Positions 9,297-18,976 of a DNA stretch of 64,000 bases are shown in pieces (within the stretch, counting starts at the first letter, position 1; the number at the start of each line of letters is the position of its first letter). Origin of the DNA: Nitrososphaerales archaeon. Its GTDB lineage: Archaea > Thermoproteota > Nitrososphaeria > Conexivisphaerales > UBA164. The translations under genes and the position numbers were made by a program. A model generated the notes under the pieces. That model did no database searches. It had not been told where the DNA came from and worked only from the letters and a program-made list of their open reading frames with translations. The DNA lies in NCBI GenBank assembly GCA_023256355.1, contig JAGDXJ010000021.1:1255-65254 (forward strand), written 5' to 3'.

Positions 9297-9697
9297 TGGA
9301 ACCAACTTATAAAGTTAGTTTCTGGTTTAGAAAGATTCTTGTTCCGATAGATGGTTCAGAAAACAGCCTTAAGGCTCTAGATTTGGCTCTAGATTTTAAC
9401 ATGAGATATGGTTCAGAGATTACAGTTCTTCACGTTTGTGAAAACTGTGACCAAGATAAGATAAGAAAGCTCGTTGAAAAAAGGATAAAAGGGAAAGTAA
9501 ACTTCAACCTTAAGCTAAGAAATTTGAATAACGATACAAGCACTTCAAATGAAATATTACAGGAAATAAATGAAGGAAACTATGACGCGGTTATAATGGG
9601 AGCGCGGGGTTTAACTTCAAATCCTGATATAATAACAGGTTCAGTTACACTAGCAGTTATCACAAACGCTCCTGTTACCGTGATAACTGTAAGGTAA
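9296..9697 (+). CDS. Universal stress protein (UspA family)
   Basis: KILVPIDGSENS N-terminus and GARG...GSV C-terminal motif. ATGA overlap with gap. Confidence 0.8.
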   Translation: MEPTYKVSFWFRKILVPIDGSENSLKALDLALDFNMRYGSEITVLHVCENCDQDKIRKLVEKRIKGKVNFNLKLRNLNNDTSTSNEILQEINEGNYDAVIMGARGLTSNPDIITGSVTLAVITNAPVTVITVR

Positions 9698-9777
9698 ATA
9701 ATTTTTTATAAACATAAAAATGAAAAAATGTTTTACTGCACAGACAATTTTATCAATCTGTTGTTATAAAGAATTTT

Positions 9778-10359
9778 ATGGAGTTTAGCGTCTTAAAAGC
9801 AAAGTTCGAAAAAAAGCTAAAAGAGGCTAAAGAGAAAGGTCTAGTAGACGAACCAATTGTACCTTTACTCGAACTAGTGAATTCTTACGACGATTTTTTC
9901 AGTACTTCTTCATGTGCTGGAAGGATTATCTTGATTGCTATTCATCCATCATGGAAAAAGAACGTTTCAAAAATATTTTTTAAATCACATTATCAGGTAA
10001 ATGCAGAAGAAGTTTGGACAGCGCTTTTAGACGGCGCTCAAAAGTTTAAATATCCTTTATATTTCAAGCAAGAACCTTTTATTTTACATATTTCAGCATC
10101 AACCGTACAGAACGCTCTAAAGATGCTTTCTATAGCTCAGGTTTCAGGAATTAAACATTCTGGCATAGTTAATATTTCAAAAAATAGAGTTACCTTAGAA
10201 TTACAAAGTATAGAAAGGGTAGATGCAATAGTCGCAAATGAAGGAAAAATATTGATAGATCTAAAATATTTATCGGAGCTTGTAAGAGATGCAAATTTAA
10301 AGCTAACAATCACAAGAGAAAAAATGCAGCGCCTGTTTGATAATTTAAAAAAGCTCTAG
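9778..10359 (+). CDS. taw3: tRNA wybutosine/wyosine biosynthesis methyltransferase Taw3 (TYW3 family)
   Basis: TSSCAGRI motif (TYW3 S-x-C-S/A-G-R) and length of about 190 aa. Confidence 0.7.
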   Translation: MEFSVLKAKFEKKLKEAKEKGLVDEPIVPLLELVNSYDDFFSTSSCAGRIILIAIHPSWKKNVSKIFFKSHYQVNAEEVWTALLDGAQKFKYPLYFKQEPFILHISASTVQNALKMLSIAQVSGIKHSGIVNISKNRVTLELQSIERVDAIVANEGKILIDLKYLSELVRDANLKLTITREKMQRLFDNLKKL

Positions 10360-10434
10360 CATTAAAAAATTAAAATTTTTATTTCACGCGATTTATTTTC
10401 TGCTATAAATATAAATAAACAGAAAATTACTAAT

Positions 10435-11769
10435 ATGTTTATGCTGTCAATTACAATAAATACGCAAACTCCTCCAATAAAGCTAAATCTCACATATCAG
10501 CAGCTTATAGAAAAATATGGCAGCATTGACATTCCAGTTAATTTAGAGCAACTTGAAGAAAACGATTATCAGGTTTCTGTGGGAGGTGTTTCTAGAATGC
10601 TAGTTCAATTTACGAACTATTTTAAGCTCTTACCAACTTGGGTTTCATTAGGACCCGGTTATCCTGAAACAGCTGTTTATAAAAACATAAATATAAGGTA
10701 CGTGGATCTTGACCCAGAAAATCTGAAGAAATTTACAAAGTTTAAGGAAGGGTTTTACAATCAAATTCACAAAGTTTCAGAATATAATTTTAATGCGCAG
10801 GATTACCTCTCTTATACTATATATAACTGGAAATCTGCAGAAGCGCTGATAAAAGAATTTGAAGATACAGATGTGTATTTTATAAACGATTTTCAGCAAT
10901 TACAGGTTGGAGGAATAATAGGTCCTTCGGCTCCTGCCATTTTCTGGTATCACATACCTTTGATACCTGAAAACATTAACCAGCAACTAAGAACTTTTCT
11001 AAGAAAATCGTTTGACGGGTTTGATGAAGTTATTCTAAGTACCAAAAGAGATTTAGAGGGGTATATAAGGCTTGGAGCTGGCGTGACGGCAAAGCAAGTT
11101 TATCCTTTTATAGATCATAATTCTTTAAAGGAACCTCAAGAGTCTGATATAAGAAAGGTTCTGGATAAATTAAATCTAAAACAGGATGAAAAGAAAATTT
11201 TAGTTGTAGGTAGAATGGATCCTATAAAAAGTCAAGATTTGGCAATAAGCGCTATTAAGAACGTCGAAGCGAAACTGATTTTGGTAGGGGACGGTAGCTT
11301 TACAGGTTCAACTTTAGCCCGCGGTAAATCATCGGGCTGGCGAGAATATCTTAATCGTAGAGCAAAAGAAGAAGGTGTTGAAGATAAAGTTATATTTGCA
11401 GGTTATTTGAATGAGGAAGAACTGTTCGCTATCTATAAAGCTAGCGATGTAGTAGTTTTACCTTCAAAGTTAGAAGGATTTGGGCTTACTGTATGTGAGG
11501 GATGGAGATACAGGAAACCTGCAGTTGTAAGCAGTGGCGCGGGGGTTTCAGAATTAATCTTAGATGGGGTAAACGGTTATAAATTTGAAGCAGGAGATGT
11601 ATTGAGCCTTTCTGATGCTATTAAAAAGGCTCTTTCTGCAAAAAAAGAAATTGGCGAACTTGGATTTGAGACGATGTTACAATGGTGCAGTTTAAAGGCT
11701 AGTAGTGAAAGATTAATGGAAATAATTGAGGATGCTTACAAAATATATCAAAAAACGCCTAAACCATAA
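10435..11769 (+). CDS. GT4-family glycosyltransferase (possibly trehalose glycosyltransferring synthase TreT-like)
   Basis: C-terminal GT-B retaining signature (PSKLEGFGLTVCEG...GVSELILDGVNGY). The TreT assignment is only suggested by the neighbouring GH15 gene. Confidence 0.6.
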   Translation: MFMLSITINTQTPPIKLNLTYQQLIEKYGSIDIPVNLEQLEENDYQVSVGGVSRMLVQFTNYFKLLPTWVSLGPGYPETAVYKNINIRYVDLDPENLKKFTKFKEGFYNQIHKVSEYNFNAQDYLSYTIYNWKSAEALIKEFEDTDVYFINDFQQLQVGGIIGPSAPAIFWYHIPLIPENINQQLRTFLRKSFDGFDEVILSTKRDLEGYIRLGAGVTAKQVYPFIDHNSLKEPQESDIRKVLDKLNLKQDEKKILVVGRMDPIKSQDLAISAIKNVEAKLILVGDGSFTGSTLARGKSSGWREYLNRRAKEEGVEDKVIFAGYLNEEELFAIYKASDVVVLPSKLEGFGLTVCEGWRYRKPAVVSSGAGVSELILDGVNGYKFEAGDVLSLSDAIKKALSAKKEIGELGFETMLQWCSLKASSERLMEIIEDAYKIYQKTPKP

Positions 11770-11790
11770 AATTAAAACTCAACCTAACGT

Positions 11791-12124
11791 GGGTTAGGGG
11801 GGAGAAGTCCCTTTCCGTAAGCTGTAGATAGCCCCTTATAGGTATGTTTTTAAAGCTTTCAACACGTTATCTTTACAGATTAATACCCAATCTGAAAAGA
11901 ATGCAAAGATCCTGCAGATCCTGGTCGGGGGAATACGTAATACCTCGCATAAGGTCAGCACTCAGACCAAGTGAAGTCAGCGATAATAAAGCTCTGCTTG
12001 TGGAACGTAAGCGAGATGCCTGTGGATGATCGTGCCAATATGATGGAATACCTGCTGAGTATCCCTCATGTGAAAGCGTATCGATAAACCGGGAAGCCCT
12101 GACAACAAGGTCATGGTAGCTCAC
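11791..12124 (+). ncRNA. Unclassified structured-RNA candidate, copy 1 of a two-member family (see 61883-62112)
   Basis: G+C-enriched intergenic segment with no credible ORF. It shares two conserved blocks with the second locus (11791-11840 and 12011-12124), including GGATGATC, TGCCAAT, ATGATGGAATA, GGGAAGCCCTG and GTCATG. There is a GNRA-capped hairpin GGGA-GAAG-UCCC. The strand is inferred from the upstream A/T box and the co-orientation of both copies. Confidence 0.5.
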
Positions 12125-12140
12125 AAGGCCATACAAGAAT

Positions 12141-12149
12141 CTATATAAA
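12141..12149 (+). promoter_or_regulatory. TATA-box candidate for the GH15 gene
   Basis: CTATATAAA lies about 27-35 nt upstream of ATG 12176. This would give a leaderless or near-leaderless mRNA. Confidence 0.4.
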
Positions 12150-12163
12150 CCGCGATTACAGTA

Positions 12164-13936
12164 TTGGCTTTTATAATGATCGACCATGCATTTTTGAGCA
12201 ATGGTTATGGTTCTGCGCTTATTTCAAAGGATCTAAACGTTGATTGGTTTGCTGTACCGCGATTCGACTCTTCACCTCTTTTTTGCAATCTACTTGATGA
12301 AAGCAAAAACTGCACGTCAAGCATAAAATTTAACACCGAAGTAGCTTTTGAAAGAAGCTACATAAACGATTCTATTTTGCTAAGAACCAATGTAATAAAA
12401 AACAAAGAAAAAATAGCTTCTATAATCGACTTTATGCCTCTGGCTGAAAGCGCTCTAATGAGGATTATAAGTTCAAACGATTCATTTGAAGTTTACGTTA
12501 AACCATCTTTTAACTATTGTATGATTGTGCCAGCTGTTTACAAAAAAGTTCAAGGAGCTATTTTCAAAGATCCTAACGGAAAACAGGCATTAGAATTTAA
12601 GTATGTTTGGAATTCTAAAGTTGAAGAAAAAACAAGCTATTCATGGAAGTTTTACCCAGGAAAAGGTTATCTGTTATTCCTTTACTCAGCTGATGTGGGT
12701 TATGGGCTTTTTAGCAAGAAAAGTAAAGTTTATTCGATTCCATCAGAGGCAATGCCGGCTGCTGTAAGCTACTGGGAGTCTTTACTTGGAAATACAAACA
12801 TCAATCCCCCAGCTTGGGCAGCCCATGTTTTTTATTCATCAATTTTAGTTATTTTGGGGTTAATGTACAAACCCTCAGGAGCGCTAATATCTTCTCCCAC
12901 GACTTCTCTTCCTGAAATAATAGGAAGTGTCCGCAATTGGGATTACAGATATGCTTGGGTAAGGGATTCGAGCTTGGCCGCCGAAACATTAATCAAGATA
13001 GGATATGTAATAAAGGGAAGGGAGATACTTAACTTTCTGATAAACGTCTTAGATCCATCTATGAAGCCTTTTAATCATACGCTTTTTACTGTAGATGGTG
13101 GGCCACCGCCATCTGAATACACAGCAGATTGGCTTAACGGTTATGGTAATTCAAGACCAGTGAGAATAGGAAACGCGGCCCATCTTCAGATACAGCTAGA
13201 TATCGAAGGCGAATTTATGAACGCTTTATCAACTTATTATAATTTTACTAAAGATAAAATCTATTTAAAAAACGTTTGGTGGGCAGTAAAGTCCATATCA
13301 AAATACATAATAAAAAACTATAATAAACGAGATTCAGGTATATGGGAGGAAAGAGACATTCCAAAGCACTACACGCACAGTAAAGTTAATATGTGGAACG
13401 CTTTGGTTAAAGCGGCAGAGCTTGCAAAAGAACTTAACAAAAGCACTGAGGCTGATGAGTGGAAGCTTAAAGCAGATCAAATAAAAGAGTATATATTACA
13501 AAATGCTTGGAATGAAGACGTTGGCTCATTTGTAAGATTTTTTGGATCTAAAGATATAGATGCCAGCCTTCTGGTCATGCCGATTTACGGTTTAATCGGA
13601 ATTGATGATGACAGGTTTCTACAAACGCTCAAAAAGATCGAAAAAGAGCTGGTTAAAGACCATTTAGTTTTTAGATACAAAAAGGACTTTCTTGGAAGCG
13701 TTGCATATCCTTTTGGATTGGCTAGCTACTGGATCGCTAAAATCAAGCTCATGCAAGGCGATTATAAAGAGGCAGAGAAATATATTAGAAAACTAGTTTC
13801 CTGCGCTAACGATCTAGGTCTCTTGGGTGAGCATATAGATCCAGTAAAATGTGAACCGAGAGGTAATTATCCGCATGTCTTTTCGCATATAGCTGTTTTG
13901 ATGGGAGTTTACGAGCTTGCATCAGAAAAAAGATAA
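12164..13936 (+). CDS. Glycoside hydrolase family 15 (glucoamylase/trehalase-type)
   Basis: N-terminal beta-sandwich start (LSNGYGSALIS) and (alpha/alpha)6 catalytic region (RNWDYRYAWVRDS, GIWEER). The likely true start is ATG 12176 rather than TTG 12164. Confidence 0.85.
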   Translation: MAFIMIDHAFLSNGYGSALISKDLNVDWFAVPRFDSSPLFCNLLDESKNCTSSIKFNTEVAFERSYINDSILLRTNVIKNKEKIASIIDFMPLAESALMRIISSNDSFEVYVKPSFNYCMIVPAVYKKVQGAIFKDPNGKQALEFKYVWNSKVEEKTSYSWKFYPGKGYLLFLYSADVGYGLFSKKSKVYSIPSEAMPAAVSYWESLLGNTNINPPAWAAHVFYSSILVILGLMYKPSGALISSPTTSLPEIIGSVRNWDYRYAWVRDSSLAAETLIKIGYVIKGREILNFLINVLDPSMKPFNHTLFTVDGGPPPSEYTADWLNGYGNSRPVRIGNAAHLQIQLDIEGEFMNALSTYYNFTKDKIYLKNVWWAVKSISKYIIKNYNKRDSGIWEERDIPKHYTHSKVNMWNALVKAAELAKELNKSTEADEWKLKADQIKEYILQNAWNEDVGSFVRFFGSKDIDASLLVMPIYGLIGIDDDRFLQTLKKIEKELVKDHLVFRYKKDFLGSVAYPFGLASYWIAKIKLMQGDYKEAEKYIRKLVSCANDLGLLGEHIDPVKCEPRGNYPHVFSHIAVLMGVYELASEKR

Positions 13937-13969
13937 ATCAAAACATTTATTAAAAATTGAATACCTTGT

Positions 13970-14530
13970 TTGGTTATGAAGTTTTTAGGAATTTCTGGTA
14001 CTTTAAAGCTTGATTCTCTGAACAGCATGCTTCTCTATAATGCTTTTGAACTTCTTAATAGGGAACATCAATGGGAAGTAGTTTCTGTAGCTAACATTCC
14101 AATCTTTGAACAAACAGATGAAGAAACAGATTCAGTGCAAAAATTGAGAACAAAAGTTAACGAATCGGACGTAGTCGTTATATCCACACCGGAACACAAC
14201 CACAGTTATTCTGCTTCTTTAAAAAACGCTATAGATTGGTTATCTGTGCCGTTGGATAAAAATCCTTTCCGTTGGAAGGTTGTAGCTACGATGTCAGCTA
14301 CCACAGGATCATTAGGTGGACCTAGAGCTCAAGAACACCTTTGGGTGGTCCTTAAATCGTTGGGGGCAATTTTAGTACCAGGTCCTGAAGTATTTTTAGT
14401 TAATGCAGATAAAAAGTTTATTAAAGGAAAGTTAACCGATGAAATTGCAAAAAAATTCATTGCAGAACTTTTGAATAATTCTATAATACTTGCCAATGCA
14501 ATCAAATGTGGCTTAAATCAAAAATCTTAA
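13970..14530 (+). CDS. NAD(P)H-dependent FMN reductase family oxidoreductase
   Basis: ISGTLK...PEHNHSYSASLKNAIDW pattern typical of the flavodoxin-like FMN_red family. Confidence 0.7.
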   Translation: MVMKFLGISGTLKLDSLNSMLLYNAFELLNREHQWEVVSVANIPIFEQTDEETDSVQKLRTKVNESDVVVISTPEHNHSYSASLKNAIDWLSVPLDKNPFRWKVVATMSATTGSLGGPRAQEHLWVVLKSLGAILVPGPEVFLVNADKKFIKGKLTDEIAKKFIAELLNNSIILANAIKCGLNQKS

Positions 14531-14675
14531 ACTGCTTTGATTTTAAAGTATTTTTACTCAAATATAAAATTAATCTATTAGATTATAAATACTTTTTTTA
14601 AAATTTTTATAAATATCGTTTGATTTTTAACCTAAACAGTTCAAAATTTTTATATTACGGTTTTTAATTTTTATC

Positions 14676-15902
14676 GTGGAGGAAAGATCCCCATTAAAGA
14701 TAGCAGCAACAAAAGGTTATGTCGTGCTTATTAAAGGGCATCCTGGTACAGGTAAAACTCTTTTTTCTCTATCTGCTGGCGCCTGTTTTGGAAAGATAAA
14801 ATACATATCTTATTCAGAACCCGAAAGCTATATAAAAGAAAAGTTAAAAAATACAGTCAATAAAAATGTCGTGCTTAAATTCTTAAACGTAATGGGTAAT
14901 ACTGAAGTAGTTATTTCTGAGATTTTGGACGGTCTTAAATCGGGGTACTTAGTTATAATAGATTCTATTAATGCAATGCTAGAAAACTTCAAAGAAAAAA
15001 GGCCCATAGAGCAGATCCTTTACGGTTCTTCTAAAGCAAAAAACGGTACCCTTATGATGATATATGAAGGAGAATCAGAAAGCGAAGCCGATTATATTTC
15101 AGATGCGATTTTAAATTTTGGATATACAGAAATAAAAGGAAGAAAAATAAGGAGCATTAAGGTAATAAAAGATAGAAATTTTCCCGTCAGAGAAGCACCT
15201 TTTCTTTTCACAATCGTAAACAACAAACTCAAAATTTTAAACGCTTCATTGAAATTTAAATTGGACAACCTTAATACTATTAAAAGGGTGGATATGCCCG
15301 AATCTCCTTATAAGATACTTGAAGAATCAGATGTTCTTGTAAAAGTTTCTAAAGAAGTCCACAATGACCTAATAAGGCTCATGAAAGTATTTTTTGCAAC
15401 GTTTTACAAGAAAAAAGGCATTAAAGTGCTATTAGAGCTTTCTGATGAAGAAAAAGAAGATTATGTTAAAAACATTATTATAACCTTGGCTGGAGAAAAT
15501 TTTATTCCTGTTTTATTAAAAAAACCTTATTTAAAAAGCTTTGAAGAAGCTAAAAACTACCTAGCACAACTCGAAAAATATCTATCTAATCAAGATTCAG
15601 GAATGTTAATATCCGATACTTTATCTGAAGAGGGTTTAGCAAGTTCAGAAGCCTCATTATATAGCAAATTTTTACAAGAAAAGAACTGGATTCTTAAAAA
15701 ACATTCAATGAAAAAGCTGACATTCTCTTATGAAAGTCATGTTTCAACTGCATTTCAGGAAAAGTACTCCGATGCTATAAAGAGTTTGATAGATTTTTAC
15801 GGAACCCTAGTATGGATTTCTGAAAAACCTTTGGGTAACTCCTACGCTATAGAAGTAAACAATACCCGAGGATTTGTTTTAAAAAATTATAAACTCGTAT
15901 GA
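14676..15902 (+). CDS. KaiC/RecA-superfamily ATPase with an uncharacterised C-terminal half
   Basis: Walker A GHPGTGKT near the N-terminus and a RecA-like about 190 aa module (IKVIKDRN). The remaining about 220 aa has no motif I recognise. GTG start. Confidence 0.55.
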   Translation: MEERSPLKIAATKGYVVLIKGHPGTGKTLFSLSAGACFGKIKYISYSEPESYIKEKLKNTVNKNVVLKFLNVMGNTEVVISEILDGLKSGYLVIIDSINAMLENFKEKRPIEQILYGSSKAKNGTLMMIYEGESESEADYISDAILNFGYTEIKGRKIRSIKVIKDRNFPVREAPFLFTIVNNKLKILNASLKFKLDNLNTIKRVDMPESPYKILEESDVLVKVSKEVHNDLIRLMKVFFATFYKKKGIKVLLELSDEEKEDYVKNIIITLAGENFIPVLLKKPYLKSFEEAKNYLAQLEKYLSNQDSGMLISDTLSEEGLASSEASLYSKFLQEKNWILKKHSMKKLTFSYESHVSTAFQEKYSDAIKSLIDFYGTLVWISEKPLGNSYAIEVNNTRGFVLKNYKLV

Positions 15903-15906
15903 AGCT

Positions 15907-17043
15907 TTGAACAGGAGAATAAAAGTTCTTTCTTTGCTGTTTTCTCTATCGTTTCTATCCCAGATGCCCCTTTCATTAATAAGGTTCTATGCACCGATTT
16001 TTGCTGTAAAAATTGGGGCTACAGGACTTATCCTCGGCCTGATGGGATTTTCTTATGGTGTTGTTTATATATTTTCAGCATATATAATCGGCAAAAGATC
16101 CGAAAGTATAGGTTATACAAGTTCTTTAGAACTCGGTCTAATTTTTTATGCGTTAATAATTTTATTGTATATATTTACCAAAATTCCTTATTTGCTGATA
16201 CTGATAAGAGCGTTAGAAGCGCTGTCTATGGGTTTTGTTTGGCCTTCTTTAGAAGCATTGTCAAAATTTTTTGATAATAAAAAAGCATCTACAGCAGTGT
16301 ATACAATAGGCTGGTCTTTTGCTTCTACGTTAGCGCCATATTTAGGTTCATCATTTGCTTCGATTTTTGTTTTACCTTTCATAATAGCATCGGCTTTCTC
16401 CTTAGCTGGAGGAATTTTAGCTACATATTTCGAACCTTTAAAACACGAAGAAACAAAAGTTATTTCAAAGATAGATTTAGGTAAAGAAATAATATTTCCA
16501 ATTTTCTTTTATGGGTTTTCAGTTTCAATCATTTATGCGTTTTATTCAGCATTTGCGGAAACTGTGTTTGGTATAAAAGGTTCAGGAATAATAATGTCAA
16601 TTTCAAGCATTTTTATAGTAATAGCTTTTCTCTCAGTCCTTTTGTTTAAGGATGACTCAAAGTTTGGAATAACATTAGGACTTGGGCTTCAGGTTTTTTA
16701 TGTGGTTCTTTTTGTTTATAAAGAGTTTTTCCTGCAGCTTGTTTCACTTTCTTTAATTTTTTACGGTTCCGGGATTCTATATTTTTATGTTCTTTATAAA
16801 ATAATGCTTACAGAAACTAAAGGTCTTGGCATAAGAACAGGAACGTTTGAATCAAGCATAGGTGCTGGATATACTTTGGGGCCTTTAATAGGCGGCCTTG
16901 CTTCTTTGTACGGATTAGACTATGTATGGCTAGTAGCTTTTATTTCAGCTTTAGTTTTTTTTATTTTTTGGATTATAATAAAATTCTTACCGTTAAAACG
17001 CGCTTATAAACAACATAAAAAAGAATTGAACAATAAAAACTAA
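15907..17043 (+). CDS. MFS-type transporter
   Basis: About 12 hydrophobic segments over 378 aa. Typical MFS loop GKRSESIGY after TM2. Confidence 0.65.
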   Translation: MNRRIKVLSLLFSLSFLSQMPLSLIRFYAPIFAVKIGATGLILGLMGFSYGVVYIFSAYIIGKRSESIGYTSSLELGLIFYALIILLYIFTKIPYLLILIRALEALSMGFVWPSLEALSKFFDNKKASTAVYTIGWSFASTLAPYLGSSFASIFVLPFIIASAFSLAGGILATYFEPLKHEETKVISKIDLGKEIIFPIFFYGFSVSIIYAFYSAFAETVFGIKGSGIIMSISSIFIVIAFLSVLLFKDDSKFGITLGLGLQVFYVVLFVYKEFFLQLVSLSLIFYGSGILYFYVLYKIMLTETKGLGIRTGTFESSIGAGYTLGPLIGGLASLYGLDYVWLVAFISALVFFIFWIIIKFLPLKRAYKQHKKELNNKN

Positions 17044-17124
17044 AAAATGTTAGGAATACGTGTACTCAGAATAAGATATGTAAAAAATTTATAATCTGGT
17101 CAAGTTAAATTTTTTCGTTGGTAA

Positions 17125-18504
17125 ATGTTACTCAGTGATACTTTAAGCAGAAATTATATAAAATTAGATTCAGAAACAGATAAAGAAGTTAAAATTTACG
17201 TATGTGGAGTTACTGTTTACGATTATAGTCACGTAGGTCACGCACGAGTTTTTATAGTCTTTGATGTATTAAGGAGATTACTACAAAAGAAAGGATTTAA
17301 GGTAACTTATGTTCAGAATTTTACAGATATAGATGATAAAATTATAAATAGAGCCAGAGAATTAGGCACAAGTTATAAAGATGTTTCTGAAAGGTTTATC
17401 AAAGCATACCTCGAAGATTCAGATGCCTTAAACCTTCTCAGAGCAGACCTTTACCCGAGAGCAACAGAATACATTCAAGATATGGAGGACTTTATAAAAG
17501 GACTAATCAATAAGGGTCATGCATATATTTCTAGCGACGGAGTTTATTATGACGTTAATTCATTTAAAGATTACGGTAAACTTTCCAAGATAAAAAAAGA
17601 AGAACTCATAGCGGGAGCAAGGATAGAAGCCAACGAGAATAAAAAATATCCTTTGGATTTTGCTTTATGGAAAAAATATGAGGAAGAACCCTATTTTGAA
17701 ACAGTATTTGGAAAGGGAAGACCGGGTTGGCATATAGAATGCTCTACCATGATTCGTAAAAACTTGGGCGAAACGATCAACATTCATGGTGGTGGAGAAG
17801 ATCTAATATTTCCACATCATGAGAACGAAATAGCTCAAAGCGAGGGATTAAGCGGTAAACCATTGGCTAAGATATGGATGCATGTGGGCTTAGTCAAGTT
17901 TGGAAAAGAAAAAATGAGTAAAAGTCTTCACAACGTTGTTTATATAAAAGATTTTTTGAAAAAATATGGACCAAATACTTTGAGAGTTTTTTCGCTCAGT
18001 TCCCATTATAGGGCTCAGTTAGAATTCAATGAAGAAAAAATAAAAGAAGCTATCGAAAGCTGGAAATCGATAGAAGACGCGGAATATAGCTTAATGCAGA
18101 CTTTCAACATAAGCTCTGACGTGGATGTAGCTGATATAATAAGAGAAATAGATCTCGCATTTAAAGATCTAGAAAATGACTTGGACACACCATCAGCTTT
18201 AAACCATATGCTAAGAGCGTCAAAGACCATAAACAAGCTGTGGGCATCTTTAAAGATTTCAGCAGAAGTTTCAGGCAAACTAAAGGCTTTTCAAGATCTG
18301 TTCGATGTATTTGGGTTTAAACTCACAGAAACTTCATCTAAAGATAGAGAAATGATACAAGAATTGATTATAAAAAGAAATAAACTAAGGCAAGATAAAG
18401 ATTTTAAAAATGCAGATGCTATAAGAAAAACTTTGTTAGATTATAAAGTGAAGCTTATTGATACGCCTTTAGGGACTTTTTGGAGAAAGGTTGAAGTTTT
18501 ATGA
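17125..18504 (+). CDS. cysS: Cysteine--tRNA ligase
   Basis: HVGHAR (HIGH), KMSKS and class-I CysRS architecture. Confidence 0.95.
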   Translation: MLLSDTLSRNYIKLDSETDKEVKIYVCGVTVYDYSHVGHARVFIVFDVLRRLLQKKGFKVTYVQNFTDIDDKIINRARELGTSYKDVSERFIKAYLEDSDALNLLRADLYPRATEYIQDMEDFIKGLINKGHAYISSDGVYYDVNSFKDYGKLSKIKKEELIAGARIEANENKKYPLDFALWKKYEEEPYFETVFGKGRPGWHIECSTMIRKNLGETINIHGGGEDLIFPHHENEIAQSEGLSGKPLAKIWMHVGLVKFGKEKMSKSLHNVVYIKDFLKKYGPNTLRVFSLSSHYRAQLEFNEEKIKEAIESWKSIEDAEYSLMQTFNISSDVDVADIIREIDLAFKDLENDLDTPSALNHMLRASKTINKLWASLKISAEVSGKLKAFQDLFDVFGFKLTETSSKDREMIQELIIKRNKLRQDKDFKNADAIRKTLLDYKVKLIDTPLGTFWRKVEVL

Positions 18505-18606
18505 AAATTTTTAACGTTGTTTCTTAAAAAGTAAGAATTTTAAAACAAGAAGCACAAAGTTTTTGACCCAATTTGTTAAATATTTTTTTAGCTTAAAAGT
18601 ACAGTA

Positions 18607-18891
18607 ATGGACTTAAAGGAAAAAGGATGGGAACTTTTAACTCAATCTTTACAAAAATATGGTGGAGATACAGTTAAGCAGGTTATACTTTGGCATCTTG
18701 AACACGTATTTTATATTAACCAATCAAACTATTTAGATAATCCTGAAAAGCTGGTCAGCGCTCTTTATTCAATATATGGAAATGCCTTCATGATAATTGA
18801 GAAAGACTTTTGCTATTCATTAAAAGGAATGGGAATTATGTGTGATACAGGAATTTTAAGTGCGCTAATGTCTTTAAAGTATAAACTGTAA
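18607..18891 (+). CDS. Hypothetical small protein
   Basis: ORF only, with no recognisable motif. Confidence 0.35.
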   Translation: MDLKEKGWELLTQSLQKYGGDTVKQVILWHLEHVFYINQSNYLDNPEKLVSALYSIYGNAFMIIEKDFCYSLKGMGIMCDTGILSALMSLKYKL

Positions 18892-18976
18892 TTAAATTTT
18901 TGTGTAATAACATATTTTCTATGCAATAAAAGATACGCTTATATTTCCTCGATTGTATGGATTGTCGTGATATATA

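Noticed and set aside
12011-12124. Block B of the repeated element as a TPP riboswitch (GCUGAGU..., AGCGUA...GGGAAG resemble thi-box pieces), as RNase P CR-I (GGAGAAGUCCC in block A), or as a DGR template/variable repeat pair.
   Set aside because: TPP: the spacing and the P4/P5 pyrophosphate-sensor helix are absent, and the downstream genes are unrelated to thiamine. RNase P: there is no complementary P4 3' strand or ACAGAA motif, and two copies would be odd. DGR: mismatches are not adenine-specific and no reverse transcriptase is present.
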